Assembly: GCF_000025665.1 (NCBI RefSeq)
Contig: NC_013926.1
Coordinates: 540,001-572,000 of the forward strand
Origin: Aciduliprofundum boonei T469
GTDB taxonomy: Archaea; Thermoplasmatota; Thermoplasmata; Thermoplasmatales; Aciduliprofundaceae
Length of the DNA stretch: 32,000 nt
Direction of reading: 5' to 3'
The notes beneath the pieces are model-generated. The model saw only the letters and a list, made by a program, of their open reading frames with translations. It had not been told where the DNA came from and did no database searches. Each line of letters starts with the position of its first letter. Position 1 is the first letter of the stretch. Below, piece by piece: positions 23,794 to 32,000 of the stretch. The translations under genes were made by a program, and so were the position numbers.

Positions 23794-24996
23794 ATGAAAA
23801 TGAAGAGGGTATGGATATTATTACTGGCAATTCTTCTAGCTGTACCAGCTACGGCTAGTATTGCATCTGCCAGTGGGCATCAGCATGGGCATTCAGGATA
23901 CCTTGGATACTTTGAGTACAGCAACGGAGAGGTTAAAGGCAAATTTGTAAATTTTCAAGTAAATTCCAAAAGTGGAGTAATTGAAAATTACACGGTGGGT
24001 AATACAACTATTTTTGAGAAGATATCCTATGAGAACAATACTATAGGACATATCAGAGTATCAGGAGCCAGATTTTTCTATTATGGAGTTGCATCTCCTT
24101 TTGGATGGAACAATACTCATAAAATGGGTTATATGTGGAGAGTAATAATGGTTCACGATAATCCTGTGGGCGTACTTCACATAGTAACTCATGGTCAAGA
24201 TGTTATAAAATACCATCTTGCACAGGGGATAAATGCAACTCTTTCCAATAGCACTGTAGTTTTGAGTGGAAAAGTATCCGCTTATCTGTTTATTTCAAAT
24301 GCTCTGCCAACCATCCAAAATAATACAATTTACATAAAAACAAGGAACAATGCGACTGCAAGTGTGATATTTATTGATGAGGTTAATCTAAATATCCCGA
24401 AGAAAATAAAAAATATGGAAATAAAGAGCTTGCAAAAACACAAGCTTGGTGGTGAGATGTACATAGGTCCTAAAGGAACGGATTTTGTAAATTATACCTA
24501 CGGAATGAATGCAAAGCTAACTATGAAGGAAAAGAACCATCTGCAGATACAAGTGTCTGCCCAGGGAGTGAAGGGTGGGAGAATCATGTTGATTAATGTG
24601 AATCGTACAATGCTAAATTACAACTCTTCTATGCGCTTAATTGTAAAATTCGATGGCAAAGAGATAAACAAGACGAGCATGAATAACCTAATAAATTGTA
24701 GCAGTTCACAAGCGATGTACGCTGTTTACAACAATAATGATACTGTGAGTATTGCTATATATATACCACATTTCTCTGAGCATGTGATAGATGTGGAGAG
24801 CGAAGCTAGTTCTAGTGGAACCAGTAGCGGAGGAAGTTCAGCCAGTGGTGGGACATCCAATGCAGAGAGTTCAAATGAGAACACAAAATCATCTGAAGGA
24901 ATGCCCTCCCCAATGTTGTGGGGAATAGTGGCAGCGATAATAGTTATTATCATTGTTGCAGGAGTGGCAGTTGCTAAAAAATCAAAATCTAACTGA
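23794..24996 (+). CDS. Hypothetical surface-anchored protein with a Ser/Gly-rich stalk and a C-terminal TM
   Basis: The track ORF starts at 23779. I prefer the in-frame ATG at 23794 (MKMKRVWILLLAILLAVPATASIASA), which is 23 nt after the TATA box. It has a His-rich SGHQHGHSGY after the signal peptide. The C-terminal stalk is SSSGTSSGGSSASGGTSNAESSNENTKSS, followed by TM LWGIVAAIIVIIIVAGVAVA and KKSKSN. Many sequons. Confidence 0.7.
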   Translation: MKMKRVWILLLAILLAVPATASIASASGHQHGHSGYLGYFEYSNGEVKGKFVNFQVNSKSGVIENYTVGNTTIFEKISYENNTIGHIRVSGARFFYYGVASPFGWNNTHKMGYMWRVIMVHDNPVGVLHIVTHGQDVIKYHLAQGINATLSNSTVVLSGKVSAYLFISNALPTIQNNTIYIKTRNNATASVIFIDEVNLNIPKKIKNMEIKSLQKHKLGGEMYIGPKGTDFVNYTYGMNAKLTMKEKNHLQIQVSAQGVKGGRIMLINVNRTMLNYNSSMRLIVKFDGKEINKTSMNNLINCSSSQAMYAVYNNNDTVSIAIYIPHFSEHVIDVESEASSSGTSSGGSSASGGTSNAESSNENTKSSEGMPSPMLWGIVAAIIVIIIVAGVAVAKKSKSN

Positions 24997-25000
24997 AATA

Positions 25001-25513
25001 TTATATCTTTTCTTCCCATATTTTTGCAAAATTATCAACTAAAGAATCTAAGAAGGATTTTCTATGCTTAATTATTGTATATGCCACAATTTTTGGCTCT
25101 ATAACAGAATAATAATTCTCTCTACCTGCTATTTCCTTTTTTAAAATCCCATTTTTAACAAGTTTGTTCAGATAATAGGACACTGTGGAAGGGCTAAGAT
25201 TTATATACTCTACAATTTTTTTGTGATTAACTCTCTCATTATCTAAAATAAAGAGCACTATCTTCCTTGATACATTATTTCTAAGCAATCCTAAAATTTT
25301 TCTCTCTTTGGAGGACATTACAGTATTTGCAAAGAATCTTCTGTATCTCCCATCCTCTTTAGCAATTATTATTCCATCTTTAATCATAACATTGAGGTGG
25401 TATTCAAGCATACCGGTAGGCATTTTTAATCTTCTCTGCAATTCTCTAAAATGCAATCCTGGATTCATCACAATTTCCTCGTAAATTTTCTTTCTTGATT
25501 CTATATCCTCCAT
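25001..25513 (-). CDS. Transcriptional regulator with two tandem winged-helix (ArsR/TrmB-like) domains
   Basis: I trim the track ORF 25001..25540 to the Met at 25513 (MEDIESRKKIYEEI), which removes the overlap with the upstream gene. There are two wHTH-like units (GLHFRELQRRLKMPTGMLEYHLNVMIKDGII and VNHKKIVEYINLSPSTVSYYLNKLVKNGIL). Confidence 0.75.
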   Translation of the reverse strand: MEDIESRKKIYEEIVMNPGLHFRELQRRLKMPTGMLEYHLNVMIKDGIIIAKEDGRYRRFFANTVMSSKERKILGLLRNNVSRKIVLFILDNERVNHKKIVEYINLSPSTVSYYLNKLVKNGILKKEIAGRENYYSVIEPKIVAYTIIKHRKSFLDSLVDNFAKIWEEKI

Positions 25514-25517
25514 AATT

Positions 25518-25823
25518 TCAGCCCCTAAGAGCGAGGGCAAAGTAGAGGGAAATTAGAATTGCAACATCTATGCCGAGGAAAATGGCCAATGTATTTAAAT
25601 CTAAGGAATAATATACATTTAATTCGTAAATAATCCCTTTTATTAAGAAGAGAAGAAAAACGAAAAATGATATAATTGCAGCTCTTAGTTTATATCTTTT
25701 ATAGGCCAAAATAGCCACGATTAGAAGAATTAAAGCCACTACAATTAATATTCCAGCAAGCACATCTGAGGCGAATATGACCATATAGGAAAATAGAGGA
25801 ATAAAATTTAATATTTTTCTCAA
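25518..25823 (-). CDS. Small hydrophobic membrane protein (about 3 TM)
   Basis: 101-aa ORF made almost entirely of hydrophobic segments. It has a 4-nt overlap with the aminotransferase stop and sits 4 nt upstream of the regulator. Confidence 0.6.
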   Translation of the reverse strand: MRKILNFIPLFSYMVIFASDVLAGILIVVALILLIVAILAYKRYKLRAAIISFFVFLLFLIKGIIYELNVYYSLDLNTLAIFLGIDVAILISLYFALALRG

Positions 25824-26974
25824 AGTGCCTCAATAAACTCTTGTAATCTTTTTATACCTTCTTTCAGATTCTCCATAGATGTGGCGAAGGAGATGCGGAA
25901 ATAATGCTCTCCATGGGGACCAAATGCAGAGCCGGGAGTTACGGCAACTTGTTTTTGCATCATTAACTCCTCTGCAAATTGCTTGGAAGGAATATCGAAA
26001 TCGTAGCGAGGGAACATGTAGAAAGTGGCTTTTGGCTTTCTAACATGCAAGCCATCAATCTTTGAAATTTCATCGTATAAGAAATCTCTTCTCCTTCTAA
26101 ACTCTTCGACCATCTTCCTAACTGCTTCTTTTTCCTTTAGGGCTTGCAAAGCTGCATACTGAGCCATACTTGGGGCACAGGATATGGTATGTTGTTGCAT
26201 TTTTTCAAGTTGTGGTATGAAGCTATGTGGAGCAATTAGGTATCCAATTCTCCATCCTGTCATAGCATGGCTCTTGGAAAAACCATTCACTATTATTGTG
26301 TAATTCAATAAATCCTCAAAGACACCAGGAGAGATGTGCTCACCCTCATATATTATTTTCTCGTAAATTTCATCGCTTATGAGGATCAAATCAAAATCCA
26401 CAACAACATCTCTAATTGCCTTTAGATCCTCATAATTCAGCACAGCACCTGTTGGATTCGATGGTGAGTTTATTATGAGAACCTTGGTTTTGAAATTTAT
26501 TTTATTTACTAAATCATCAATATCCATGGTGAAATGTTTCTCTTCAAGGAGGCGTACTCCGACTGGCTTTCCGCGGGCAAAATTCACCATTTCCCTGTAT
26601 GATACCCATCCAGGGTCTGGAATTAAAACCTCATCTCCAGGATCTATAAAGGTGGATATTGCCATAAATATGCCAAGTTTTGCTGGAGTCACAATCACAT
26701 TGTTTGCATCTACATTTACTCCATTTTCCTCTCTGTACTTCTCAGCTATTGCTTCTCTCAATTCAGTAATCCCTGTTGGAGGAGTATAATGCGTTTTCCC
26801 CTCCCTCATTGCATTATAGGCTGCTTCTATAACGGGTTCAGGCGTGGTAAAATCAGGCTCCCCCACAGCCAAAGAGATTATGTTATAGCCCCTCTCTTTA
26901 AATTTATTTGCAAGTTCCACAAGGGAAAGTGTGCTTGAGGGGGACATTTTCTGTATCCGTTTGGAGAATATCAT
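25820..26974 (-). CDS. Class I/II pyridoxal-phosphate aminotransferase (aspartate aminotransferase-like)
   Basis: 384-aa ORF. It has the PLP-lysine context NGFSKSHAMTGWRIGY and NSPSNPTG. A TATA-like TTTATATA (minus strand, 26996-27003) lies 22 nt upstream. Confidence 0.88.
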   Translation of the reverse strand: MIFSKRIQKMSPSSTLSLVELANKFKERGYNIISLAVGEPDFTTPEPVIEAAYNAMREGKTHYTPPTGITELREAIAEKYREENGVNVDANNVIVTPAKLGIFMAISTFIDPGDEVLIPDPGWVSYREMVNFARGKPVGVRLLEEKHFTMDIDDLVNKINFKTKVLIINSPSNPTGAVLNYEDLKAIRDVVVDFDLILISDEIYEKIIYEGEHISPGVFEDLLNYTIIVNGFSKSHAMTGWRIGYLIAPHSFIPQLEKMQQHTISCAPSMAQYAALQALKEKEAVRKMVEEFRRRRDFLYDEISKIDGLHVRKPKATFYMFPRYDFDIPSKQFAEELMMQKQVAVTPGSAFGPHGEHYFRISFATSMENLKEGIKRLQEFIEAL

Positions 26975-27062
26975 TGAGCCCCTTTATAAATTTCATATAT
27001 AAAGCACTTTCTACGGTGTATACCTCAAAATGTTTTTATAGGAGTATAGGGATAGGAAAGTA

Positions 27063-27962
27063 ATGGCTGGAGATGCCAATACGACATTCATATTGTTCGT
27101 AACATTCATAGTAGTTTTCATAGTTGGGATAGCTGCAGCTTTAATGCTTCTCAAAAAGAGAGCCTCTACGAAGGTGACAAAATTGGGGGAAAGTAGCGTT
27201 GAGGATAACGCTTATAATCAAATTCAAATTGTTAAATCAATGACGAGAGTTATGAAGAATAAAGGTTATAATGTTGAGCCTGTGGAGAGTATGATAGCAA
27301 AGGCAGAGAGGGCCTATGATTATCAAAGGTATTTGGAGTCGATAGATATAACTAATAATGCAAAGCGCGCCCTTCTTCGTTTAAAAGAGGAAAACAAGAT
27401 GGAGGATTCTTTAAGTCCTGAAGTGAAAAAGGAGTTAGAGATTATAAAGAAAATTGAGGAAGAGCCGAAAAAAGATGATATTCCCCCTCAAATTAGTGAT
27501 TTTGTAAAAAAATTGCCTCCAAATTATCTTCAGTCAAAATTTGAGATTGGTGTGGTTGAGGAGAAAATTGTGAAAATGGAAGAAGGGCAGGTGAAGGAGT
27601 ATGCTAAGCTTTATATGGAGAGGGCAAAAAGGGCTTTTGAGATGGGTGATTACAGCGAAGCTCTAAAGCTTGCGGTTAAGAGTAATAGAATAATCGATAC
27701 GGGAGAGTTGCCTGAGAATGTGCCATTTAAAGAAGAGCATAAACCACTTGTTGTTGCGCCTTTGATTGAAGAGAAGGAAGAGGAAGAAGAGGAGAAAGAG
27801 GAACTACATTGTCCAAATTGCGGTGCTGTGGTTAGGCCGGAGGATAAATACTGCTGGAACTGCGGAGCAAAATTGGTATTCATTTACAAATGCCCAAATT
27901 GTGGTGCAGAGGTTAGCAGTGAGGATAAATATTGTAGAAATTGCGGGTACAAGCTGAGGTGA
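27063..27962 (+). CDS. Membrane-anchored protein with a helical domain, an acidic stretch and a C-terminal double zinc ribbon
   Basis: 299-aa ORF. N-terminal TM FILFVTFIVVFIVGIAAALMLL. Charged helical middle. EEKEEEEEEKEE run. Two ribbons (CPNCGAVVRPEDKYCWNCG and CPNCGAEVSSEDKYCRNCG). TTTTTATA at 27033-27040 lies 22 nt upstream. Confidence 0.7.
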   Translation: MAGDANTTFILFVTFIVVFIVGIAAALMLLKKRASTKVTKLGESSVEDNAYNQIQIVKSMTRVMKNKGYNVEPVESMIAKAERAYDYQRYLESIDITNNAKRALLRLKEENKMEDSLSPEVKKELEIIKKIEEEPKKDDIPPQISDFVKKLPPNYLQSKFEIGVVEEKIVKMEEGQVKEYAKLYMERAKRAFEMGDYSEALKLAVKSNRIIDTGELPENVPFKEEHKPLVVAPLIEEKEEEEEEKEELHCPNCGAVVRPEDKYCWNCGAKLVFIYKCPNCGAEVSSEDKYCRNCGYKLR

Positions 27963-27966
27963 CTCT

Positions 27967-28413
27967 ATGCGTCTTTACCATTTATCCCTCTTGCTCATAT
28001 TTGCAGGCATAGCCCTGCTATTTTACGCTGTTGCAATAGGTGAGGCAAATGCATCTCTTTTCTTGATTTTTCCTGTAATATACGGCTCGGGAGTATATTC
28101 TCTATTGGCCATATTCTTAATAATGATAGGAATGATTCTGCTATTCTTTGCACCTCTTCAAAGCGTGAAAGAGAATGTGAATGACTATTACGAGAAAGAT
28201 TATGATAATTACGATTATGTAAATTACGAAAGTTATAAAGGGACGAAAGATTCGGAAAAGTATAGAGAAAATAAAGCAAGGTATGGTGGAGTTGTGCTGA
28301 TTGGCCCGATTCCCATCATCTTTGGCTCGGATAAAAATATGGCTAAGATATCGATATTAGCTGCAATTTTGATGCTTGTAGCAATATTTTTAATTTTCCT
28401 TCTTTATGGATAG
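27967..28413 (+). CDS. Small membrane protein, DUF131-like, with a Tyr/Asp/Asn-rich insert
   Basis: 148-aa ORF with three or four hydrophobic segments. GGVVLIGPIPIIFGSD resembles the conserved core I recall for archaeal DUF131/TIGR00304 proteins. A low-complexity loop reads NDYYEKDYDNYDYVNYESY. Its 3' end overlaps the convergent gene by 10 nt. Confidence 0.55.
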   Translation: MRLYHLSLLLIFAGIALLFYAVAIGEANASLFLIFPVIYGSGVYSLLAIFLIMIGMILLFFAPLQSVKENVNDYYEKDYDNYDYVNYESYKGTKDSEKYRENKARYGGVVLIGPIPIIFGSDKNMAKISILAAILMLVAIFLIFLLYG

Positions 28414-29252
28414 GATATCTTCTTTTTCTTCTTTAAGGCCTCTATGAATTTTTCAACATCTTCATCCTTCATCTCTGTTTTCTCTTTTGCCTCTTTTTCC
28501 AAGTTTTCCAGTATTGCTCTCTCCTCATCTCTCTTTTTCCTGTACTCTCCCTTGATCTCAATGATCTTTTTTAGCATCTCTTGAGCTTTCTGGTGATAAG
28601 CATCCGCTTTTTCTCTGTATTTTAAGTACTCTTGATGCTTCTCATCCATCTTTTCCGTGAGGTATTTTAATTTCTCTTTTAATTCAAGAACTCTCTTATG
28701 ATGTTTGTTTTGTTCTTCGTACAAATTTGAAAGCTCCTTTCTCTCTTTTTCCTCTAAAATTTGAAGATTTGCTAATTCACCTTCTAAATCTTTAACCTCA
28801 CCTAGAACTTGGTTCTTCTTCTCTATCTCCTTCTTTAGCTCCTCTTTTCTGCGGGTTAATGCTCTCAATTTATCTATTAATTTATTCTCATCTCTCAAGC
28901 TGTGGGGTCTTACCTGCAGCTCCCTTTCAATTTTCTTTATTTCATCTTCAACTCTAACATACTCTGCTTCTACGGTATTCCCAGAATTTCTGCGCAGTTC
29001 TCTCATATATTTTTTAATGGCTAAAATTTTTTCTCTGTATTCATTCTTTCTCTCTTTATGCTCTTTCATAAGGGCAACGATGGAATCTCTTGCATCTCTC
29101 TCCCTTTGCAGTTCCTCTTTTATCTTCTTTCTTTCCTCGTTTATCAAATCTCTCTCTTCCCTTGCCTCTCTCGCCAGGGCATTGAACTCATCTCTTCTCT
29201 CCTTGTAGAATTGAAATTTTTCTTCTGCACTTTGTAATTCATTCTTTTTCAT
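28404..29252 (-). CDS. Archaeal coiled-coil protein (COG1340-like), directly downstream of ftsZ
   Basis: 282-aa ORF that is extremely K/E/R-rich, with heptad-like periodicity throughout and no TM. It starts 11 nt after the ftsZ stop on the same strand. Confidence 0.7.
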   Translation of the reverse strand: MKKNELQSAEEKFQFYKERRDEFNALAREAREERDLINEERKKIKEELQRERDARDSIVALMKEHKERKNEYREKILAIKKYMRELRRNSGNTVEAEYVRVEDEIKKIERELQVRPHSLRDENKLIDKLRALTRRKEELKKEIEKKNQVLGEVKDLEGELANLQILEEKERKELSNLYEEQNKHHKRVLELKEKLKYLTEKMDEKHQEYLKYREKADAYHQKAQEMLKKIIEIKGEYRKKRDEERAILENLEKEAKEKTEMKDEDVEKFIEALKKKKKISYP

Positions 29253-29263
29253 TTAAATCCTCG

Positions 29264-30370
29264 TTAGTCAATTACATCGATATCCGCATCCAAGGTCTCT
29301 CCTGCCATACTCTTTGCCGCTTTCAAAGATCCGCCCTTCTCAATGAAATAAGGAGATTTCACGCCTGAGAGCACAACAAGAACCTGAACCATATTTTCCA
29401 TCTCTGGGTCTACGCTTGCACCCCAGATGATCTTTGCCATTGGGTTTATTTTCTTCTGTACGAGGTCAACAGCCATCTGTGCTTCTGTAACACTCATATG
29501 CTCATCGCCCACAATTCTTACCAAAGCTCCTGTAGCATCGCTTATGTCTGCATCTATGAGCGGTGAGTTAATTGCCTCATCAACGGCCTCTTTAACTCTA
29601 TCTTGGGTACTATCGCTCTCTCCTATCCCTACCATTGCAACTCCACCAGAGCCAAGAACTGTGCGAAGATCAGCATAATCCACATTAACCAAACCTGGCT
29701 TTGTTAGGATTTCGGTTATGCCCTTAATTGTGATCATTAAAACTGTATCCGCAACCTTGAAAGCTTCATTTAAAGGCAATCTTGGAACGAGTTCTAAGAG
29801 CTTATCGTTTGGTATGACTATTGTTGTATCAGAATACCGGCGCAGTCTTTCAAGGCCCCACATTGCATTCTCCATTCTCAATTTACCCTCTGCCTTGAAT
29901 GGTAAGGTGACTACGGATAGCACTAATGCTCCTGCCTCCTTTGCGAGTTTTGCCACATAGGGAGCACTTCCAGTACCTGTTCCTCCTCCCAGGCCTGCTG
30001 TTACAAAAACCATATCTGCACCCTGCAATAATTTTTCAAGTTCTTCATTTGCCTCTCTTGCAGCATCCTCACCTACCAGGGGATTTGAGCCCGCTCCTAA
30101 GCCTCGGGTTCTTCTTCTACCAAGTAAAATTTTGCGATTTGCCCTTATGTGTAAAAGATGCTGAGCATCAGTGTTGGCAGCAATTAACTCAGCACCATAA
30201 ATCCCCTCTTCCATCATCCTGTTTATTGTGTTGCTTCCTCCACCTCCACAACCAATGATCTTTATGTTCACTTTAAGTTTCTCAACAAGCCTCCTCAGTT
30301 CTTCATCCTCTGGAGCGGTGTAGTCCACTTCATTTGATGTGCCAGCATTAATATCTTTCAAGAACTTCAT
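29264..30370 (-). CDS. ftsZ: Cell division GTPase FtsZ
   Basis: 368-aa ORF. Tubulin signature GLGGGTGTGSAP, plus IIGCGGGGSN and NTDAQ. Acidic C-terminal tail DADIDVID. A TATA-like TTTATAAAA (minus strand, 30390-30398) lies about 20 nt upstream. Confidence 0.95.
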   Translation of the reverse strand: MKFLKDINAGTSNEVDYTAPEDEELRRLVEKLKVNIKIIGCGGGGSNTINRMMEEGIYGAELIAANTDAQHLLHIRANRKILLGRRRTRGLGAGSNPLVGEDAAREANEELEKLLQGADMVFVTAGLGGGTGTGSAPYVAKLAKEAGALVLSVVTLPFKAEGKLRMENAMWGLERLRRYSDTTIVIPNDKLLELVPRLPLNEAFKVADTVLMITIKGITEILTKPGLVNVDYADLRTVLGSGGVAMVGIGESDSTQDRVKEAVDEAINSPLIDADISDATGALVRIVGDEHMSVTEAQMAVDLVQKKINPMAKIIWGASVDPEMENMVQVLVVLSGVKSPYFIEKGGSLKAAKSMAGETLDADIDVID

Positions 30371-30434
30371 AATATCCCATCCCTTGTTCTTTTATAAAGT
30401 AAATGTTCCATAATATAAAAGAATTTCTTGGGTG

Positions 30435-30986
30435 CTATTTCCATCTAGGGTTATCTTTCACGGCATAATTTCCATTCTCTTCAATCACTATCTTTGCAAA
30501 TCCTTTCTCAGCTATGCTTCCATAATCGTGGCCAGCGTCTCCAGGATAAATTGCCAAAAATACAAAATTCCCATTGCCTGTATTTATACTTCTATGGGCA
30601 AAATATGGAGGTACATACACAATTTTTCCTCTCTCCATCTCGATCCATCTAATCTCTTCTCCTTTTTGCATCAAGAGAAGCCCATTTCCTTTTAGTCCTA
30701 TGTACAATTCTCCCCTGTCCCTCTTCTCGTGATAATGACCCTTTGTCATAAAGTACTCATTTCCCACTTTTCCTGGATGAAGAATTGTAATTGCATAGCT
30801 TAATTCTCCCCCGCCCTCGTGAGTAACCGCATAAACTTCATATATGGTTGGGTTTCCATTTTTAATCATCTTCTCCAATGCTTCATTGTCCTGATAGAAA
30901 TTTAGCATATCACTTGCTCTTCTTATCACATTTTCCGTGTAATTCTCCAAGATTCCCTTCTCCAAGTCAATGTAATTGCTGAGCAT
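30435..30986 (-). CDS. pgiA: Cupin-type glucose-6-phosphate isomerase
   Basis: 183-aa ORF. It has the cupin metal motifs TKGHYHEKRDRGELY and PPYFAHRSINTG, as in Thermococcales-type cPGI. The size is also typical. Confidence 0.85.
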   Translation of the reverse strand: MLSNYIDLEKGILENYTENVIRRASDMLNFYQDNEALEKMIKNGNPTIYEVYAVTHEGGGELSYAITILHPGKVGNEYFMTKGHYHEKRDRGELYIGLKGNGLLLMQKGEEIRWIEMERGKIVYVPPYFAHRSINTGNGNFVFLAIYPGDAGHDYGSIAEKGFAKIVIEENGNYAVKDNPRWK

Positions 30987-31040
30987 AGCACTCTAATGAT
31001 TGCAGCATATTTATATGTGACGGAATATTGAGAGTTTAAA

Positions 31041-31817
31041 TTATTTATCCAAAATTTCTTCAGGAGCTCCAGCCAATTTCACCAACGCTTCTGCCTCTGC
31101 AAAATGAAGCTTGCCAGGGAGAACTAAGGTATGGAGAGGTGAGCCAAAATCCCCGTTAATCATATCACCAAGGTAACCTGCACGGGCTAAACTATTAGGG
31201 GCGCCAGCTCTAGCCACAACGGCTATTAGAGTGTTTTTTGAGAATATTTTTTCCCTCTTTTTCTCTTCCATCTCAAGCAGAATTTTCATTGCCTCGTTTG
31301 CAGTCATAGGTCTTGGATTTATATCAAGAAGAATTAAAGTGTGCAAGCCCAAATTTTGATTAATTTTTATGAAATCGTAGGCACTTGTGGGGAAATAATT
31401 TTCTTGGGGAAAAGGCAAAGAAACAGTTCTTCCAAATTTGTATTGCTGCAGTCCAAGCATTCCTGGGGCGGCTGTGACGATGGATGAGTTGTGCACAATT
31501 TTCGTTTTTATTCCTCTTTCTTCTGCCATGACTCTCAATGCCACATGGGTTGTGGCTATCATAGGGTCTCCAGCTACGATAAGGACCACATTTTTACTCT
31601 TTGCCTCTTTTAGTATGAGTTTACCATTTTCCACCTCCTCCCGTGATAAAATTTTTATCTCTCTCCCCAATGCTTCTCCTAAATCCTCTGGATTTACTCC
31701 AATTAATCGGGAAGTGTAAAACTCTCCAAACACAATATCTGCCTCCTCAATTTCCCTTTTTCCACGAATCGTTAGGTCCTCTGTGTTGTACAACCCTAAG
31801 CCAACAAATGTAAGCAT
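31041..31817 (-). CDS. dph5: Diphthine synthase
   Basis: 258-aa ORF. The N-terminus MLTFVGLGLY..DLT.RG...I..AD.V..E.YTS and the overall tetrapyrrole-methylase fold signature are typical of archaeal Dph5. Confidence 0.92.
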   Translation of the reverse strand: MLTFVGLGLYNTEDLTIRGKREIEEADIVFGEFYTSRLIGVNPEDLGEALGREIKILSREEVENGKLILKEAKSKNVVLIVAGDPMIATTHVALRVMAEERGIKTKIVHNSSIVTAAPGMLGLQQYKFGRTVSLPFPQENYFPTSAYDFIKINQNLGLHTLILLDINPRPMTANEAMKILLEMEEKKREKIFSKNTLIAVVARAGAPNSLARAGYLGDMINGDFGSPLHTLVLPGKLHFAEAEALVKLAGAPEEILDK

Positions 31818-31926
31818 GGGGGAGTATCAGGGTATTTATTTAAAAAAGTACTCCTCTTTTTTCAAATGGCAATTCTATGAGAACTATTGCTTTTCGGTTA
31901 TCAATTTGGCGTTAATCTTCCTATCT

Positions 31927-32000
31927 TTATATTTTGCTCATAATATCTCTCTTAAACTTCTCATATCTTCTCTCAATTCTAACGCTGCACACTGAAAGGA
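31927..32000 (-). CDS. Possible 3' end of an unidentified gene that enters from the right window edge
   Basis: The minus-strand frame is open from the window edge to a TAA at 31929-31927 (...LSVCSVRIERRYEKFKRDIMSKI*). Only 24 codons are visible, so it cannot be identified and may be spurious. Confidence 0.25.
   Translation of the reverse strand, partial: LSVCSVRIERRYEKFKRDIMSKI

Noticed and set aside
26984-27004. The inverted repeat CTTTATA...TATAAAG between aspAT and 27063, considered as an operator.
   Set aside because: It is more simply explained as AT-rich TATA-like sequence in a divergent promoter region. The arms are only 7 nt long and consist of TATA-box sequence.
31783-31995. A 70-aa plus-strand ORF at the right edge.
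   Set aside because: It starts inside the dph5 5' end and runs through an AT-rich promoter spacer, giving a Phe/Leu/Ser/Ile-rich translation. A short minus-strand gene tail (31927..32000) explains part of this region better.

Overview
This is a compact, AT-rich archaeal (euryarchaeal-type) chromosomal segment. Most spacers are under 120 nt, many gene junctions are 4-nt ATGA overlaps, and several convergent gene pairs have stop codons 2-10 nt apart or overlapping. I found no rRNA, CRISPR array, transposase or integrase.

Housekeeping content:
- argS.
- The conserved operon rpoE'(rpo7)-spt4-DUF359 dephospho-CoA kinase-rps24e-rps27ae, which ends directly in an intron-containing tRNA (probably Arg-CCG).
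- A HAD phosphatase.
- Archaeosine tRNA-guanine transglycosylase, a small Ras/Rab-like GTPase and tRNA splicing endonuclease.
- A lipid cluster of radical-SAM Tes/GDGT-MAS-like enzyme, 2x[4Fe-4S] ferredoxin and geranylgeranyl reductase.
- Aspartate aminotransferase, ftsZ with a downstream coiled-coil gene, cupin-type phosphoglucose isomerase and diphthine synthase.

Accessory or envelope content:
- A 1005-aa PKD/CARDB surface glycoprotein.
- Two AT-rich secreted-protein genes that flank a triple 14-bp operator-like motif, next to a double-wHTH regulator.
- A five-gene operon at 11954-19753, which is the most unusual item. It encodes three N-terminally membrane-anchored proteins that together display about 15 OB-fold-like modules outside the cell. 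One protein has PKD plus 9 modules. The other two have a cytoplasmic zinc ribbon, one TM and 2 or 4 modules. They are followed by a TctA/DUF112-type polytopic membrane protein and a DUF457-type membrane metal hydrolase with a large insert. I propose this as a candidate undescribed surface capture/processing system for an extracellular polymer (nucleic acid or glycan).

All calls come from manual reading of the sequence and the ORF track. No searches were run.
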